DNA of 64,000 nt from Octopus sinensis (Eukaryota). Both the position numbers and the translations under genes were made by a program. The stretch is from the NCBI RefSeq assembly GCF_006345805.1, contig NC_043008.1, positions 58,342,001 through 58,406,000 on the forward strand, read 5' to 3'. How positions within the stretch are numbered: the stretch's first letter is position 1; the number at the start of each line of letters is the position of its first letter. Below, piece by piece: positions 1-12,170 of the stretch. Under the pieces are notes generated by a model. It saw only the letters and a program-made list of their open reading frames with translations, made no database searches and was not told the DNA's origin.

Positions 1-57
1 TGTGAGATATGCCAATTAAAAGTAGTGACGATGTTAATTACTCAATTCCAACATATT

Positions 58-90
58 TGTATGTATGTATGTATGTATGTATGTATGTAT
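58..90. repeat. (TATG)n microsatellite
   Basis: Direct tandem tetranucleotide repeat. Confidence 0.95.
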
Positions 91-461
91 GTTGCTATTA
101 TGTTAAACTGTCGTATATCCAAATTTGGCCAAGTGTGTTTTTTTTTTCAATATTTCATTTGGGTTGGAATAGCCGGTTCTTTTGTTCAAACTATCGTATC
201 TCCAGCTGTCAGTTGAAAATTGTCAAAGTGTAGCGCAAAGGTTTAGCAGTTTTCAAAAGTGTAGTAAGCACATACGACAGTTTTACAAAAATATTTCTCA
301 CTGAAAATATCATACATGTATGGAGTTACGATTTTATGCACCCAACAAAATATTATTGTTGAGCTGAAACTGTTGCTAATGTAAAAAGAAATGGTATGGT
401 GAAACTATTTTTTCGTTTTCTGAACAAGCTAAGTTTTGGACTTACGACATCTTTGCTTAAC

Positions 462-749
462 GTTGTTGGGTGTTCCTTCTCGAGCCATGCTTGACTCATA
501 AGGGCCACTTTTCTGGTTTCATTGGCGTATAGTTCCCCACCTGGACGGGGCACCAGTCCATTGCAGGTGAGCTGCTAGATGCAGGAGGAAAGAGGGAGCG
601 AAAGTTGTGGCGAAAGAGTCAGCAGAAGTTCGCCATTATCTTCTGCCAGAGCCGCGTGGAGCTTAGGTGTTTCGCTCATAAACAAACACACCGTCCGGCC
701 TGAGATTTGAAACCGCAATCCCTCTAAACACTGGGCCATGTGCCTCCAC
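462..749 (-). mobile_element. tRNA-derived SINE, family D (long tail, Meta-domain-like)
   Basis: On the minus strand, a tRNA-like head (gtggaggcacatggcccagtg...gcggtttcaaatctc) and a body matching the copy at 7623-7930, including the ggactggtgccccgtccaggtggggaac block. Confidence 0.85.
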
Positions 750-909
750 TGTTTGCATAAAAGCAACAATATATATCTAAGTCACAATATATGGATTCAA
801 GTAATACGGTAGTACTCATAAAGTTTCTTAATGCATCGTTCTACAAAACATGGAATATATAGGACGATACAAGAGAAAACGATAAGGAGCGTTTAAAGTT
901 ATACATAAC

Positions 910-1187
910 AGAGAAATAGTATGATGAATATTTATTTAGCAATAAGAAACTTTAAATATCACGACAATTGTTTCGTAACTTAATGCACATATAAAGTATG
1001 CGGCTTAATTTTTGCGTTGCTTTTAAAAAAACGTTTTTTCATTTTGCATTAATGCAGGCATCGATGTAATTTATTTATTATTAAATATAATAATATAAAT
1101 TATCTTTACATTAGCTACGAAACAATTTGTCATGATATTTGAATGTACTTATTGTTAAATAAATTTTCATCATTAACATTTCTGTCA
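910..1187. repeat. Diverged inverted repeat; each arm carries a hammerhead 3' half (GAAAC-AATT-GTC)
   Basis: The reverse complement of 910-979 aligns to 1115-1187 (tacGAAACaatt(t)GTC(g/a)tgatattt...cttattg(c/t)taaataaa..ttcatcat). No CTGANGA core was found. Confidence 0.6.
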
Positions 1188-1201
1188 TTTATAACTTTAT
1201 A

Positions 1202-1205
<4 letters not shown>

Positions 1206-1256
<51 letters not shown>

Positions 1257-1278
1257 GACATATATACATATATATATG

Positions 1279-1310
<32 letters not shown>

Positions 1311-1335
1311 TGTGCGTGTGTGTGTGTGTGTTTGT
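1206..1335. repeat. (TA)n/(TG)n microsatellite
   Basis: Direct dinucleotide repeats. Confidence 0.95.
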
Positions 1336-1365
1336 GTGTGTGTATGCCTGTGCGCGTGTGTACAT

Positions 1366-1548
1366 GTGTTTATGTTTATTTGTTCCCACCGCCGCAGTTA
1401 GGCAAAAGTCAAAAACAAACCGTCGTTCGATGTTATAAGTATTAAATTTAAAATAAGTTTTATGTCGCTTTCTTCGATGAAAATCTCTAAGGCGGTGCCC
1501 CAGCATGGCTGCAACCCAAAGACTGAAGCAAGTAAGAGATAAAGGACT
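1366..1548 (+). mobile_element. SINE family B, 3' fragment (degenerate)
   Basis: aaggcggtgccccagcatggctgca...gactgaagcaagtaagag matches the family B tail seen at 44978-45384. Confidence 0.7.
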
Positions 1549-1676
1549 AATATGAAATAAAAATATAACAGAAACAGACTTTCTTGAAACATTTTTTTCT
1601 TCCTCACAGTGTCTGTAATTTTGAAAGAATTGGTTTGCTGGAATCAATAAACACACCTACACACACACAACACACA

Positions 1677-1707
<31 letters not shown>

Positions 1708-2297
1708 CACACCACACACACACAGACACACACACACATACACACACACACATTGTATATATAGTTTTGATAATATATTTACAGGAAAATATAATTTCTT
1801 AAACATTTCATAATTTTTTCCGTACTTCTTTAAATCTATTTCTTGAATCCGATTTCAATCACAAGATTCGAGATTCGAAAAGCATTAAAGTTTTCACATG
1901 CGAACTGTGTTGGCACAACATTGTATATTTTCAACAAGCGCTTTTCAAAGTTTTATCGGAAAGCATTATAACGGATCATGTAAAATTTAATTTATAAGTA
2001 ATAAAAAAAAAAACAAAAAAAAAAACGGGATTTTTCAAAAATACTGTTTACGGATGAAACAATTATTTTAGATTTCAATTACTGCTAATCAATAAAGGAA
2101 TTTCGAAGCACTCAGAATTCTTACAAATACATTGCTGTATATTTCGTTGTAAAATAATGTGAGGCCCACGTAATTAAATAATTTCGATTAGACAAGACTA
2201 AACGAATATACATACATACGAATAAACAGACATATATATGTATTTATATATATGTATATATATACTTATATAACATGCATACATACACACACACAAA

Positions 2298-2363
<66 letters not shown>

Positions 2364-2405
2364 AATCCACTACAGCTGTTTCCAACGCATTTTTAATCGA
2401 TTAAT

Positions 2406-2612
2406 GGAAACGTTTCATCATTAGATGCGGTATTTCGTCTGCCGTTACGTTCTAAGTTCAAATTCCGCCGAGGTCGACTTTGCCTTTCATCCTTTCGGGG
2501 TCGATAAATTAAGTACCAGTTACGCACTGGGGTCGATTTAATCCACTGAATCCCTTTGTCTGTCCTTGTTTGTGTCCTCTATGTTTAGCCCCTTGTGGGC
2601 AATAAAGAAATA
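2406..2612 (+). mobile_element. tRNA-derived SINE family A (OK-like), 5'-truncated
   Basis: gttcaaattccgccgaggtcgactttgcctttcatcctttcggggtcgat core and ttagccccttgtgggcaataaagaaata tail; many copies in the window. The named family is not verified. Confidence 0.9.
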
Positions 2613-2799
2613 AGAATTATGTAGACCATCATACATAAGCAAATTATGTGAGGTGTATGTATATGTGCTGCTGTGTTGGTGATGTAAATGAGACACGATG
2701 TCATATGTGTGCATGTGTGCATTCACGTGTGTAAGTGTTAGAATGCGTATAAATTTGTAGAGACAGGGAAGGTTCGTGAAATGCAAAGGGGATGGGATG

Positions 2800-3480
2800 T
2801 TTATCAGTGTGTCGGAGTATTAAGAAAAGACGGTATTATGATCTGTCAAACAAGTTGTAATGAGATGATGATAATCTTTCTTACAGATGGAGTGCATCGA
2901 AGGTTAGAGACTTTTAAATTTGGACTGGACAGAAACAAATTGAGTTACTGCACGCTTCTGCCAAGATATTTAAAGCTCTCATCAATTTTGAGGGTTGCAG
3001 TTCAATAAAACCTATAATAGAATTTTGCAATTATATGAGCAAAGATTCTAATCCTGCAACGGTTGCTCTAACGCAGTCAAACAACCACGATTCAGTTACT
3101 CTATCTTAGCAGAGATAATATATTAGCAACAACGTAGCTTTTTGGTGCATTTTTATCCTTTCTGTTCATGAAAGCTACTCGTCATTTGGTGATTCTTTTC
3201 TCGTTTTCCATTTGGTAAATGATCAACGGGTTTATTTCACTGCACAGTAAGCACTACGTCCAAAAGATACAGCCGTTATAGAGTTTTTCAATCCGTTGCA
3301 GAATGAATCTTGTGTAAAACATTGATGTACCTTATGAGCATTAACTGTCTTGCTGGGATGAAGCAGTAAATCAATTTGTTTCTCTCCAAACAAACTTTGG
3401 AAGCCTCTAACTCTGACGTTCTTCATCCTATCGTCTTCTAATATTCTGACACCAGTAAACATCCTCCTAAGCATTTCACA
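2800..3480. repeat. Two diverged inverted copies of an unidentified old repeat (about 2800-2990 on +, about 3330-3480 on -)
   Basis: Shared blocks gttagag(a/g)ctt...ga(c/g)agaaacaaattga(g/t)ttactgc and gtgtc(g/a)ga(g/a)tatta. Confidence 0.55.
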
Positions 3481-3663
3481 GCCCCACAAATCCTTTTCTG
3501 TCTTTACACATTTACACTCAGTACATATACATGCGCGCGCACCTTCATAACCTGCACATGCGCATTGCTCCTCACATTATAAACACGCAATGGAGACCAT
3601 AAAATTCAACGCGTCCCTTTAAATAAGCATGAATGCTTATTTACAAGACTACTTCTCTATGCA

Positions 3664-3977
3664 GTGAAGGCGCATGGCTTAGTGGTTAGAGCGTAGAGCT
3701 TACGATCGTGAGGTTGTGAGTTCGATTCCCGGATCGGGCTGTGTGTTGTGTTCTTGAACAAGACACTTTATTTCACGTTGCTCCAGTTAACTCATCTGTA
3801 GAAATGAGTTGCGACATCACTGGTGCCAAGCTGTATCAGCCTTTGCATTTCCCTTGGATAACATCAGTGGTGTGAAGAGGAGAGGCTGGTATGCATGGGC
3901 GACTGTTAGCCTTCCACAAACAATCTTGCCCTGACTTGTACCTTGGAAGGTAACTTTCTAGGTGCAATTCCATGGTC
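3664..3977 (+). mobile_element. tRNA-derived SINE family C (OR-like head)
   Basis: A box (tggcttagtgg), B box (gttcgattcc), core aagacactttatttcacgttgctccagt and tail ...aggtgcaattccatggtc; homologous to 18201-18528 and 61535-61840. Confidence 0.9.
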
Positions 3978-4833
3978 GGGGTGGGTCTCATTCTCCTCAT
4001 CTCTATGGAATAAGAGATCCAGATTCATTTCAAGGTCTTCAACTAGCCAAATGGCGAAGTTTTCACTACCTACATTAAAAAATCTTTAGACTTGAACATG
4101 TGAAGAATTATTCTTTGTCGGATGCTACAGTGTCAAAAGCTTCTATATCCCAAACAGCCAATACCGTGAACCATCCAATCTACGTCAGCTTTGGCTCAAA
4201 CACCATGATGACCTTTATCGGTGCAGGATATTGTTCTTGCAGATTGTGCGTGCTTTTTCTACTTTCTTCCAGTTTAACGAATGATTTTATTTTCATGGAT
4301 ATTTAACCTCCCGACACACAAGTTTTCACTCATTAAAAGGAATTATTTAAAGGAATTAAAGAATTCTAAGAATAAAAAAATGCAATATATTTTATAATAG
4401 AACGCGGGATTAAGTTAAGTGAAATTGCGCTGTTTTCCTTTTCACTTAATCCAGCGTTCTTATTAAATATGCAAGAATTAGGTATCTGCCATTTTCAAAA
4501 TTAAATTAAGAGATTTCTCTTCATACTGAGTGCGTATTTGTAAGACTGCTTTAGACACACCTCTGCTATAAATGGTGAACACCATTCCATTTCTTATACG
4601 AAAGATATTTTTTTATTAGAAACCTTATAGTCTTCTGTTATACGCACGCTTTCAGCCTGGCCAACACTGGACACTCTGATATTCTACAAGGTATTAATAT
4701 ATAATATAAAACATACACAAAGGAATATTTTTAATGGAAAAGTATAGCAAATACATCTCTCATAATGAGAATTGTTTCATGGTACGAGTGTATTTGTTTG
4801 CTTGCTTGTGTGTGTGTGTGTGTGTGTGCATGT

Positions 4834-4872
<39 letters not shown>

Positions 4873-4977
4873 GTGTGTTAAGAAGGAAATTAAAGCCTTC
4901 ATTAGTAAGACTGACAAAGTGACATATATTTTCTAATAATAAGGATAGCTGAAAATGGTTTTCCAGGAAAGAGGAAA

Positions 4978-4979
4978 AT

Positions 4980-5045
<66 letters not shown>
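4978..5045. repeat. (GA)n microsatellite
   Basis: Direct dinucleotide repeat. Confidence 0.95.
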
Positions 5046-5048
<3 letters not shown>

Positions 5049-5256
5049 TGGGAGGCAAGGTGGTTTGTGCTGAAGGCAATATCTGCGTAACATTTTAGAA
5101 TAACGGTGCCTGGCATATATACCTGAATCCACTGAAGTAGAAATACTGTATTTTAAGGTCCTTTTCACCAAGATTCGAACTCATAGACGAGAAATAATTG
5201 CTTCAACAGCGTGAAAAATAAATTAGAATCATGCTTATAAAATTTAGCCAACGTTA

Positions 5257-5468
5257 TTGGCTTCAAATTTTGATACAAACCCAGCAATTTCGTTGGGATG
5301 GAGTAAGTTGATTACATCGATCCCAGTAATCAGCTGGTACTTATTTTCATTGACCCGAAAGGATGAAAAGCAAAGTCGACCTCGGTGGAATTTGAATGCA
5401 GAACGTAAAGTCGGACGAAAGGTCGCAAAGCATTTTGTCCGGCGTGCTTGCTAACGATTCTGCCAGTT
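5257..5468 (-). mobile_element. SINE family A (tail type 2)
   Basis: Reverse complement of the family A core (aaagtcgacctcggtggaatttgaa). Confidence 0.85.
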
Positions 5469-5508
5469 TACAGTCTTACTTGAGCTAATTATTTATAGAA
5501 TAATAAAG

Positions 5509-5719
5509 AGGCGGCGAGCTGGAAGAATCGTTAGCATACTGGGTAATGTGCTTAGCGGTATTTCGTCTGTCTTTAAATTTTGAGTTCAAATTCCACCGAG
5601 GTCAACTTTGCTTTTCATCCTTTTGGGGTCGCTAAAATAAGTAGTAGGGCTTTGAAGTAGATGTAATTGAATTACCCACTTACCCGAAATTGTTGGCATT
5701 GTGCTAAAATCTGAAACCA
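5509..5719 (+). mobile_element. SINE family A (tail type 2)
   Basis: aggcggcgagctggaagaatcgttagc head followed by the family A core. Confidence 0.85.
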
Positions 5720-7622
5720 GTAAGACTTCCGGTTCTCTGAAATTTGAGTCCAAGTTCCGCCGAAATCAGCTTTTCCTTTCGAGACAAAGTTGGTCTTTTA
5801 GCGAGATCAAGTTTGCCTCGATATTGACTAACCCTTACCCTAAAAAAAGTTAACCTTGTACTTAAATCAGAAACTAATGAGAGCAGCGAAAATCTTTGAC
5901 TCACATCCCTTTGACAAATCTTCCTACGTTCGTGCACCTGAAGAGAAGAAAGCGGTGTGAGTCTGTATACAAATTAGATTTGTTTGTTGGCCACGCAGGG
6001 CTGAACACAGAAGGGACAAAATGCAAAGTAGAGCTTTGGGTCGGATTCCGATCAAAAGGGATCGTGAAAAAAAAAGGTGGGGACCATCAATAGGGATCGT
6101 GTATCACAGAAATATCAATGTAAAAAGGGAAAACAGATTAGCCTACGGAAAAGACCACGGGAACCTTGGGCAATGGTGTCATGCAAATAGAAAATACATT
6201 ACAATAAGTGGTTCTCTTTTTCCCTTCCGTTTTATTATTTTGTTTTTGGTTTACAAATTAACTCCACACAACATTATATCAGAGAAAAAAAATGGAAAAC
6301 AATGTTTTTAATGACACAGACAGTAGAAAAAAAAAGAAGAAAAGAAATGAACTGAGAATTTACAAGAAAAATTAGAAAATGGTTAAAACGCGTTTCTGCA
6401 ACAACGTTCTTCAAATAAAAAGAGCGAATGAACGTGAGGATCATTCACCCTGACAGATATAACAACGAAACCTTCTCCAAGGTTTCGTTGTTATCAAAGG
6501 TTTCAAGGTTTCGTTGTCTTCAAAGGGCTATATTATATATACAATGCAGTCACTGCTATATAAAATGTCAATTTCTTTGACCATAATATAGGTCTGCTTG
6601 TTAAAAGTTCTGATGGAGTAAACATCAGCAGAATGCAGCCTCACCCGCAAAAATATCAAATTTGAAAAGCAAGCGATGTATTTAAGCGAAACAATCTGCA
6701 ACGTATGGTTGTTGCAAACATTTTGCCAGCAATAAAATGAACGCATTTCGTTGAAACAAAGCTGTGATGTGTCTGAACTGGGTGAAAAGGAAATGACGTA
6801 AGGTCACATGTAAAGGGAATTAGGGCTGTTATCAATTAATGCATTCTGCAATTGCTGATGAACGTCGAAGCTGTTCCGTTTGATACGATGACGGTGTCGT
6901 AAGTAAAGTAATCGCATTGCTAAATGTCACTAAAGGTTTTGTAACTGTGAATGTCTGTTACTTGCAGAACCCATCTAATATGTTATCTCCTGTCACAATG
7001 TGAAGCTATTCCAATATTAATGGAAAGTAGCCATTCATGAAAGTGTCAGTTTTATCGACATATGGCGAAATGTATAAACTGGCAATTCAGATATTATAGC
7101 TCTTGTCACGAAATTCATCGAATAAATCTATTCCTAACCCAAATTCTAGGTGACAATAATTTAAATGAATGAAAGAGGTCAACAGATCGCATTTCAGCTT
7201 GAATATTGGAAAACTTAACTGAGCATACAAATGTGTGTATGAAGTGTATGAATATAACGGCTGGCTTTCTTCTGACATTCAAAACGAGTTCTTTGTTTCT
7301 TTGTGGTGGGGTGTGGAAGCCAAAATTTTATTCATTCTTAGTAGGACATGTAATTGTGAAAATCTTTTTTTTCACAGCAAATATACTACACCTATACTGA
7401 GCTTGGCTAAACCAATTCCTCCAGCCAAGCATACAGTGTGAAGACTGCTACAGTATAGAGCTATTCGAATGCCCTGGTATGGATATTTCTTTAAAGAAAG
7501 TATATAATTATGAAATATTTAAAAGGAAGTTGCTTTTTTCCCAACTACTGGTGGGGCATATATTTTTCTCGAAAATTATAGTGGGACCTGATGGGGAAAA
7601 TAGGTGAGAAAACGCTGAGCTA

Positions 7623-7930
7623 TATTATTGTTTGTTCCTTCTCGAGTCACGTCTGGCTCATAGGGCCGGTTTCCCGGTTTCCTTGGCGTATAGATTCCCC
7701 ACCTAGACGGGACGCCGGTCCGTCGCAGGTGAGCTGCAAGATGCAGTAGGAAAGAGTGAGAGAAAATTGTGGCGAAAGAGTCAGCAGAAGTTCGCCATTA
7801 CCTTCTGCCGGAGCCGCGTGGTGCTTAGGTGTTTCGCTCATAAGCACACACATAGCCCGGTCTGAGATTCGAACCCGCGATTCCCCGACCGCGAGTCTGC
7901 TGCTCTAACCACTAGGCCATCTGCCTCCAC
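7623..7930 (-). mobile_element. Full-length SINE family D with 8-bp target-site duplication (TSD)
   Basis: tRNA-like head with B box (gggttcgaatc); direct repeat ctgagcta at 7615-7622 and 7931-7938. Confidence 0.9.
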
Positions 7931-8277
7931 CTGAGCTAGCTAATGGAATGCATATCTAAGTTATGGCTGCTGATACGAAGCGATCACTAGAAGAGGAAGA
8001 ATTTGGTGGACAAGATAATTTAACAGGAAAAGTCAGGCAATTTATGGACACTCCTGTGTAGCGATTCTATTTTAGAGCTGAAATACTTGATATTGATTGC
8101 CAAATGTTATTGCATGGTTAACATTCTACAGCAGTCCACTATAGCTTGAAAAATGCATAGTATGAAAGAATTTAATAATGAATGTGTAAATCTAATATAG
8201 GTCACTGACTTTACAATGCCGGAAACACAACATCTTTAATGGTTATTGCTTAATACAAATATGTATGATATCCTACT

Positions 8278-8682
8278 TGGTGTGCTAGCAGAATCGTTAG
8301 CACGCCGAGCGGGATGCTTAGCGGTATTTTGTCTGACGTTACGTTCTGAGTTCAAATTCCGCCGAGGTCGACTTTGCCTTTCATCCTTTCGGGGTCGATA
8401 TATTAAGTACCAGTTATGCACTAGGGCCGATGTAATCGACTTTATCAGGTTGTCTGTCCTTGCTTGTCCCCTCTATGTTTAGCCCCTTGTGGGTAATAAA
8501 GAAATAGGTATTTCGTCTGCCGTTACGTTCTGAGTTCAAATACCACCGGGGTTGACTTTGCCTTTCATCCTTTTGAAATCGATAAAATAAGTACCAGTTG
8601 AACATTGGGATCGATTTAATCGATTTTCCCCCTCTCCCCTAGGTCAGCAGGTTTGGGGGGCAGGTCAAAGTTTAAAACCAAT
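8278..8682 (+). mobile_element. SINE family A tandem dimer
   Basis: A full copy to about 8507 runs directly (gaaatag|gtatttcgtctgcc) into a second, 5'-truncated copy. Confidence 0.85.
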
Positions 8683-9358
8683 ATTCTACTTGAAGACATC
8701 TTAATAAACCATCCCGAACAAATCATATTCAAACGCGAATTGAAATGAATAACTAGATTCATAGATACATGCAGAAAGCATACTTGTTTTCCATTTTTTT
8801 TTCAAGAATCAGCAATTAGTACTTTATTAAATTTGACCTGAAGACCGTCTTTTATTTTCAGCCTTAACAAGACAAGCATTGCTGTTATTCCAACAAGAAA
8901 GTTGGGCAAAGGTTTACATTAATTAGTGACGCCTAAATGACCTATTTGAGAAATTTTTAATAAGGAATATTAAAGGTCGGCTTGTTTGGCATTCCATTAT
9001 GAACGAAACACGAATTTATTCATGCAGCACTGAAATCTTTTATTAGCTCCTGCTTGGATTGGCTACAGTGAGTTCTATCATTGAAATAATTTATTCATTT
9101 AATGGTAATTCAAAGGAATATAGTTCAATCGAGAAATAGAGAGGTCAGGTAAATTAGCATTCAATGTTATCCCAACAAATGGTCCATACAATCATAAATC
9201 GAAAATAATTAAGTATTGGATCTTTTAATTAGATATATGCCATCGGGATAGTTATAGCATCCTTGAACATTATTGAAGAAAAACCCAGATTCTTGATGTA
9301 CATACATACATATATACATTAATGTATTTAGGCATATATACATACACATACTTTCATG

Positions 9359-9409
<51 letters not shown>

Positions 9410-9587
9410 GTACATATATATATACATACATACATACACATACACACAAACACACACACACACATATATATATGTGTATATATACAGAAAGAGAGAGAGT
9501 GAGAGAGGGAATAGAGAGAGGAGAGAGAGATGTGGGGATAAAAGGATTTGGTAGTGTACAGTGAAAAATATTAAAAAAGATAAAAAT

Positions 9588-9802
9588 ATTGGTTTCAATC
9601 TTGGGACAAGTCCAGCAATTTCTGGGATGGAGATAAGTCGACGACATCGATTCCAGTACTCAACTAGTACTTATTTTATCGATCCTAAAAGGATGAAAGG
9701 CAAAGTCAACCTCGACGGAATTTGAACTCAGAATGTAATGACGGACGAAATGCTGCTAAGCATTTTGCCTGGTGTACTAACGATTCTGCCTGCTCACCGC
9801 CT
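9588..9802 (-). mobile_element. SINE family A
   Basis: Reverse-complement core and head (ctgcctgctcaccgcct). Confidence 0.85.
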
Positions 9803-9805
9803 AAG

Positions 9806-10022
9806 TAATCCTTTCTATTAAAGGCACAAGGCCTGAAATATTGGGAGAGGAGACTAGTTGATTACATCGACCCCAGTGTTTCACTGGTACTTAATTCATT
9901 GACCCTGAAAAGATGAAAGTCAAAGTCGACCTCGGCGGAATTTGAACTCAGAACGTCAAAACGGACGAAATGCCGCTAAGCATTTATTTGGCGCGCTAAC
10001 GATACTGCCAGCTCGCCGCCTT
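9806..10022 (-). mobile_element. SINE family A
   Basis: Reverse-complement core and head (ctgccagctcgccgcc). Confidence 0.85.
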
Positions 10023-10409
10023 TCGCCGCTAAACTATAATTAAAAATATTGACACAGAATGACTCGGCAGTGTTCGAAAGCAACATAAACGCTAAAAAGA
10101 TTTACGCAGTCTTCTAGGATTTCCTAAGGAAGATTCAAAAGATTTTTATTTGTATAACTTTTTTCTCAATAACATTTTTTTCGCAGAGTTCTTTAAGTTT
10201 TACGTTCCGTATTCAAATTCCGCCGAGGTTGAAGAAGAACATGCATCTCAGAATTCAGATAATTTCTTTTTGCAATATATAGCATTCAAAATGCTAAATT
10301 CCCACCACATAAACAAAAAAATATCAAAGGAATTTTTTGTTCTTCAAACTAATTCCACTGAAAAAAAAAAAAATAAAAAACATTTATAGTTTTTCTGTTT
10401 TTTTTTTCT

Positions 10410-10585
10410 TTTATCTCTTATATGTTTTACTTGTTTCAGACTGTGGCCATGCTGAAGCAGTGCCTTGAGGTGTTTTTCGTCAAATGAATCGACACCCAGG
10501 ACTTTTTTTTCTGAAAGACTGCTACTTATCCTATCCGTCTCTTTTGCCGAAGTGCTAAGTTACAGGGATGTAAACACCAGCACAT
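10410..10585 (-). mobile_element. SINE family B, 3' fragment
   Basis: cttgtttcagactgtggccatgctg...gtaaacaccagca matches the family B tail. Confidence 0.75.
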
Positions 10586-11031
10586 ACGCCTATATATGCA
10601 CATATATATGCAACCATGCATATGCACGTATGCATATCCGCACACACGAGCGTGCACATATCCATACGTGCATATAAATATTCAAATACACGTCTCAAAT
10701 ACGCACATGCTATATATGCAGATGCTCACTCACACTCACGTGAAACGCATGAGTGAGTGTGCATGTATGTGTTTCAGGCGAGTGTGAGTGAGCATCTGCA
10801 TATAGGCACATGGACGTGGGTGTGCGTGCGCGCATGTGTATGTATGTACATGCGCGCTTACGCGATTTCTACGAACATTCGTACTTCCTTAATTTTTTAC
10901 TTTCTCCCCTTCGGTTTTTTCTCCCCTATTTAACGGTCATTCTAATAGCTCTTTTGTCTTAATAACGGTCAATTACATAGTAATTTCCCTTTGTCTAACG
11001 GTCATTTTCATAGCATATTTTTGATTGCCTC

Positions 11032-11095
11032 GATAACTGACGAGGTGCCGTAGCAGTTTTCCGCCCCGACATCTGAAACTCGGAGTCATATTATG
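11032..11095 (+). ncRNA. Degenerate type I hammerhead-like motif
   Basis: CTGACGA at 11037-11043, GAAAC at 11075-11079, near-palindromic stem III (ACTCGGAGT) and GTC at 11085-11087. Stem I pairing is poor and stem II is offset by one base. Confidence 0.4.
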
Positions 11096-11233
11096 ACAAC
11101 CGAATAATTGTCACATATTAAATATATATATATATATATATATATGCATACACAGACATCGCAAAAAGTAAACAGAATCCATCAGTCGTAGAAAGAAAAT
11201 AATATCTTTTGATGCATTTAAATGCTTAATCTA

Positions 11234-11645
11234 GAGCATACGTGTGGTTGTGTGTAAGGAGCGGGCTTTCGAACCAAGTGGATCCGGGTTCAGTCCCACT
11301 CAGTGGCACCTTGGGCAAGTGTCTTCTACTGTAGCCTCGGGCCGACAAAGCCTTTTGAGTGTTCTTGGTAGACGGAAACTGAAAGAGGCCTGTCGCATAC
11401 ACACACACACACACACACACAATTATATATACGTATATGCAAACATGTATATATTTATGTGTGTGTCTTTGTGTCTGTGTTAGTCCCCCCACCATCGCTT
11501 GCCAACCGATGTTGTAACTTAGCGGTTCGGCAAAAGAAATCAATAGGAAAAGTCCTGGGATTTCTTCGACTGAAAAGAAAACACCTTGAAGGCAGTGCTG
11601 CAGCATGGCCGCAGTCAAATGACTGAAGCAAGTATAAGAAAAAAT
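11234..11645 (+). mobile_element. SINE family B (internal microsatellite)
   Basis: gggttcagtcccactcagtggcaccttgggcaagtg head and core, internal (CA)/(TA) tract, family B tail. Confidence 0.85.
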
Positions 11646-12039
11646 ATAAAACAGTCTTTTGCAGTTTTTACTGGCGTAATCCGTTTGGGCATCGCATTAA
11701 CTGAGTAATCTCTAGACGGATAAAACAGATTAATGAACGTCTGAGATGACGTCTGCACACACACACACACAACACACACGCACACACACACACACACACG
11801 CACACACACACACACACGCACACACACACACACGCACACACGCACACACTAACATACACACATACACGTACTCATGCACGTACACACACACATTTGTTTT
11901 TCTGTTCAGTTATAATAAATACAATTTTTCATTAATCTGATGGGTTACTCTATACTTTTGTAGAGTACAAATTTATTATTCTTGTACAAGAGGAGAAGGT
12001 CTGAGGTTGCGATGAATAGCACCGATCGCTGAAGCTCGT

Positions 12040-12170
12040 AATTCCAACCATTAAGGAGAAACCATAGAGAAGATACAAAAGAGCACGTGAGAAGCATCAC
12101 TTCTCCATTGTGTCAAGTAGCTTCACCTGCAGCAGATGTCATCGCTTCTGCAGATCAAGAGCTGGCCTTG
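12040..12170 (+). mobile_element. RTE-clade LINE 3' end fragment
   Basis: Encodes FTCSRCHRFCRSRAGL, the C-terminal zinc-finger-like motif of RTE ORFs (compare CNRRFHARIGLFSH at 27.2 kb). Confidence 0.55.

Noticed and set aside
3664-3745. tRNA genes at SINE heads (also 7850-7930, 33430-33509, 49965-50045)
   Set aside because: A and B boxes are present, but the heads continue into SINE bodies and do not give a complete cloverleaf.
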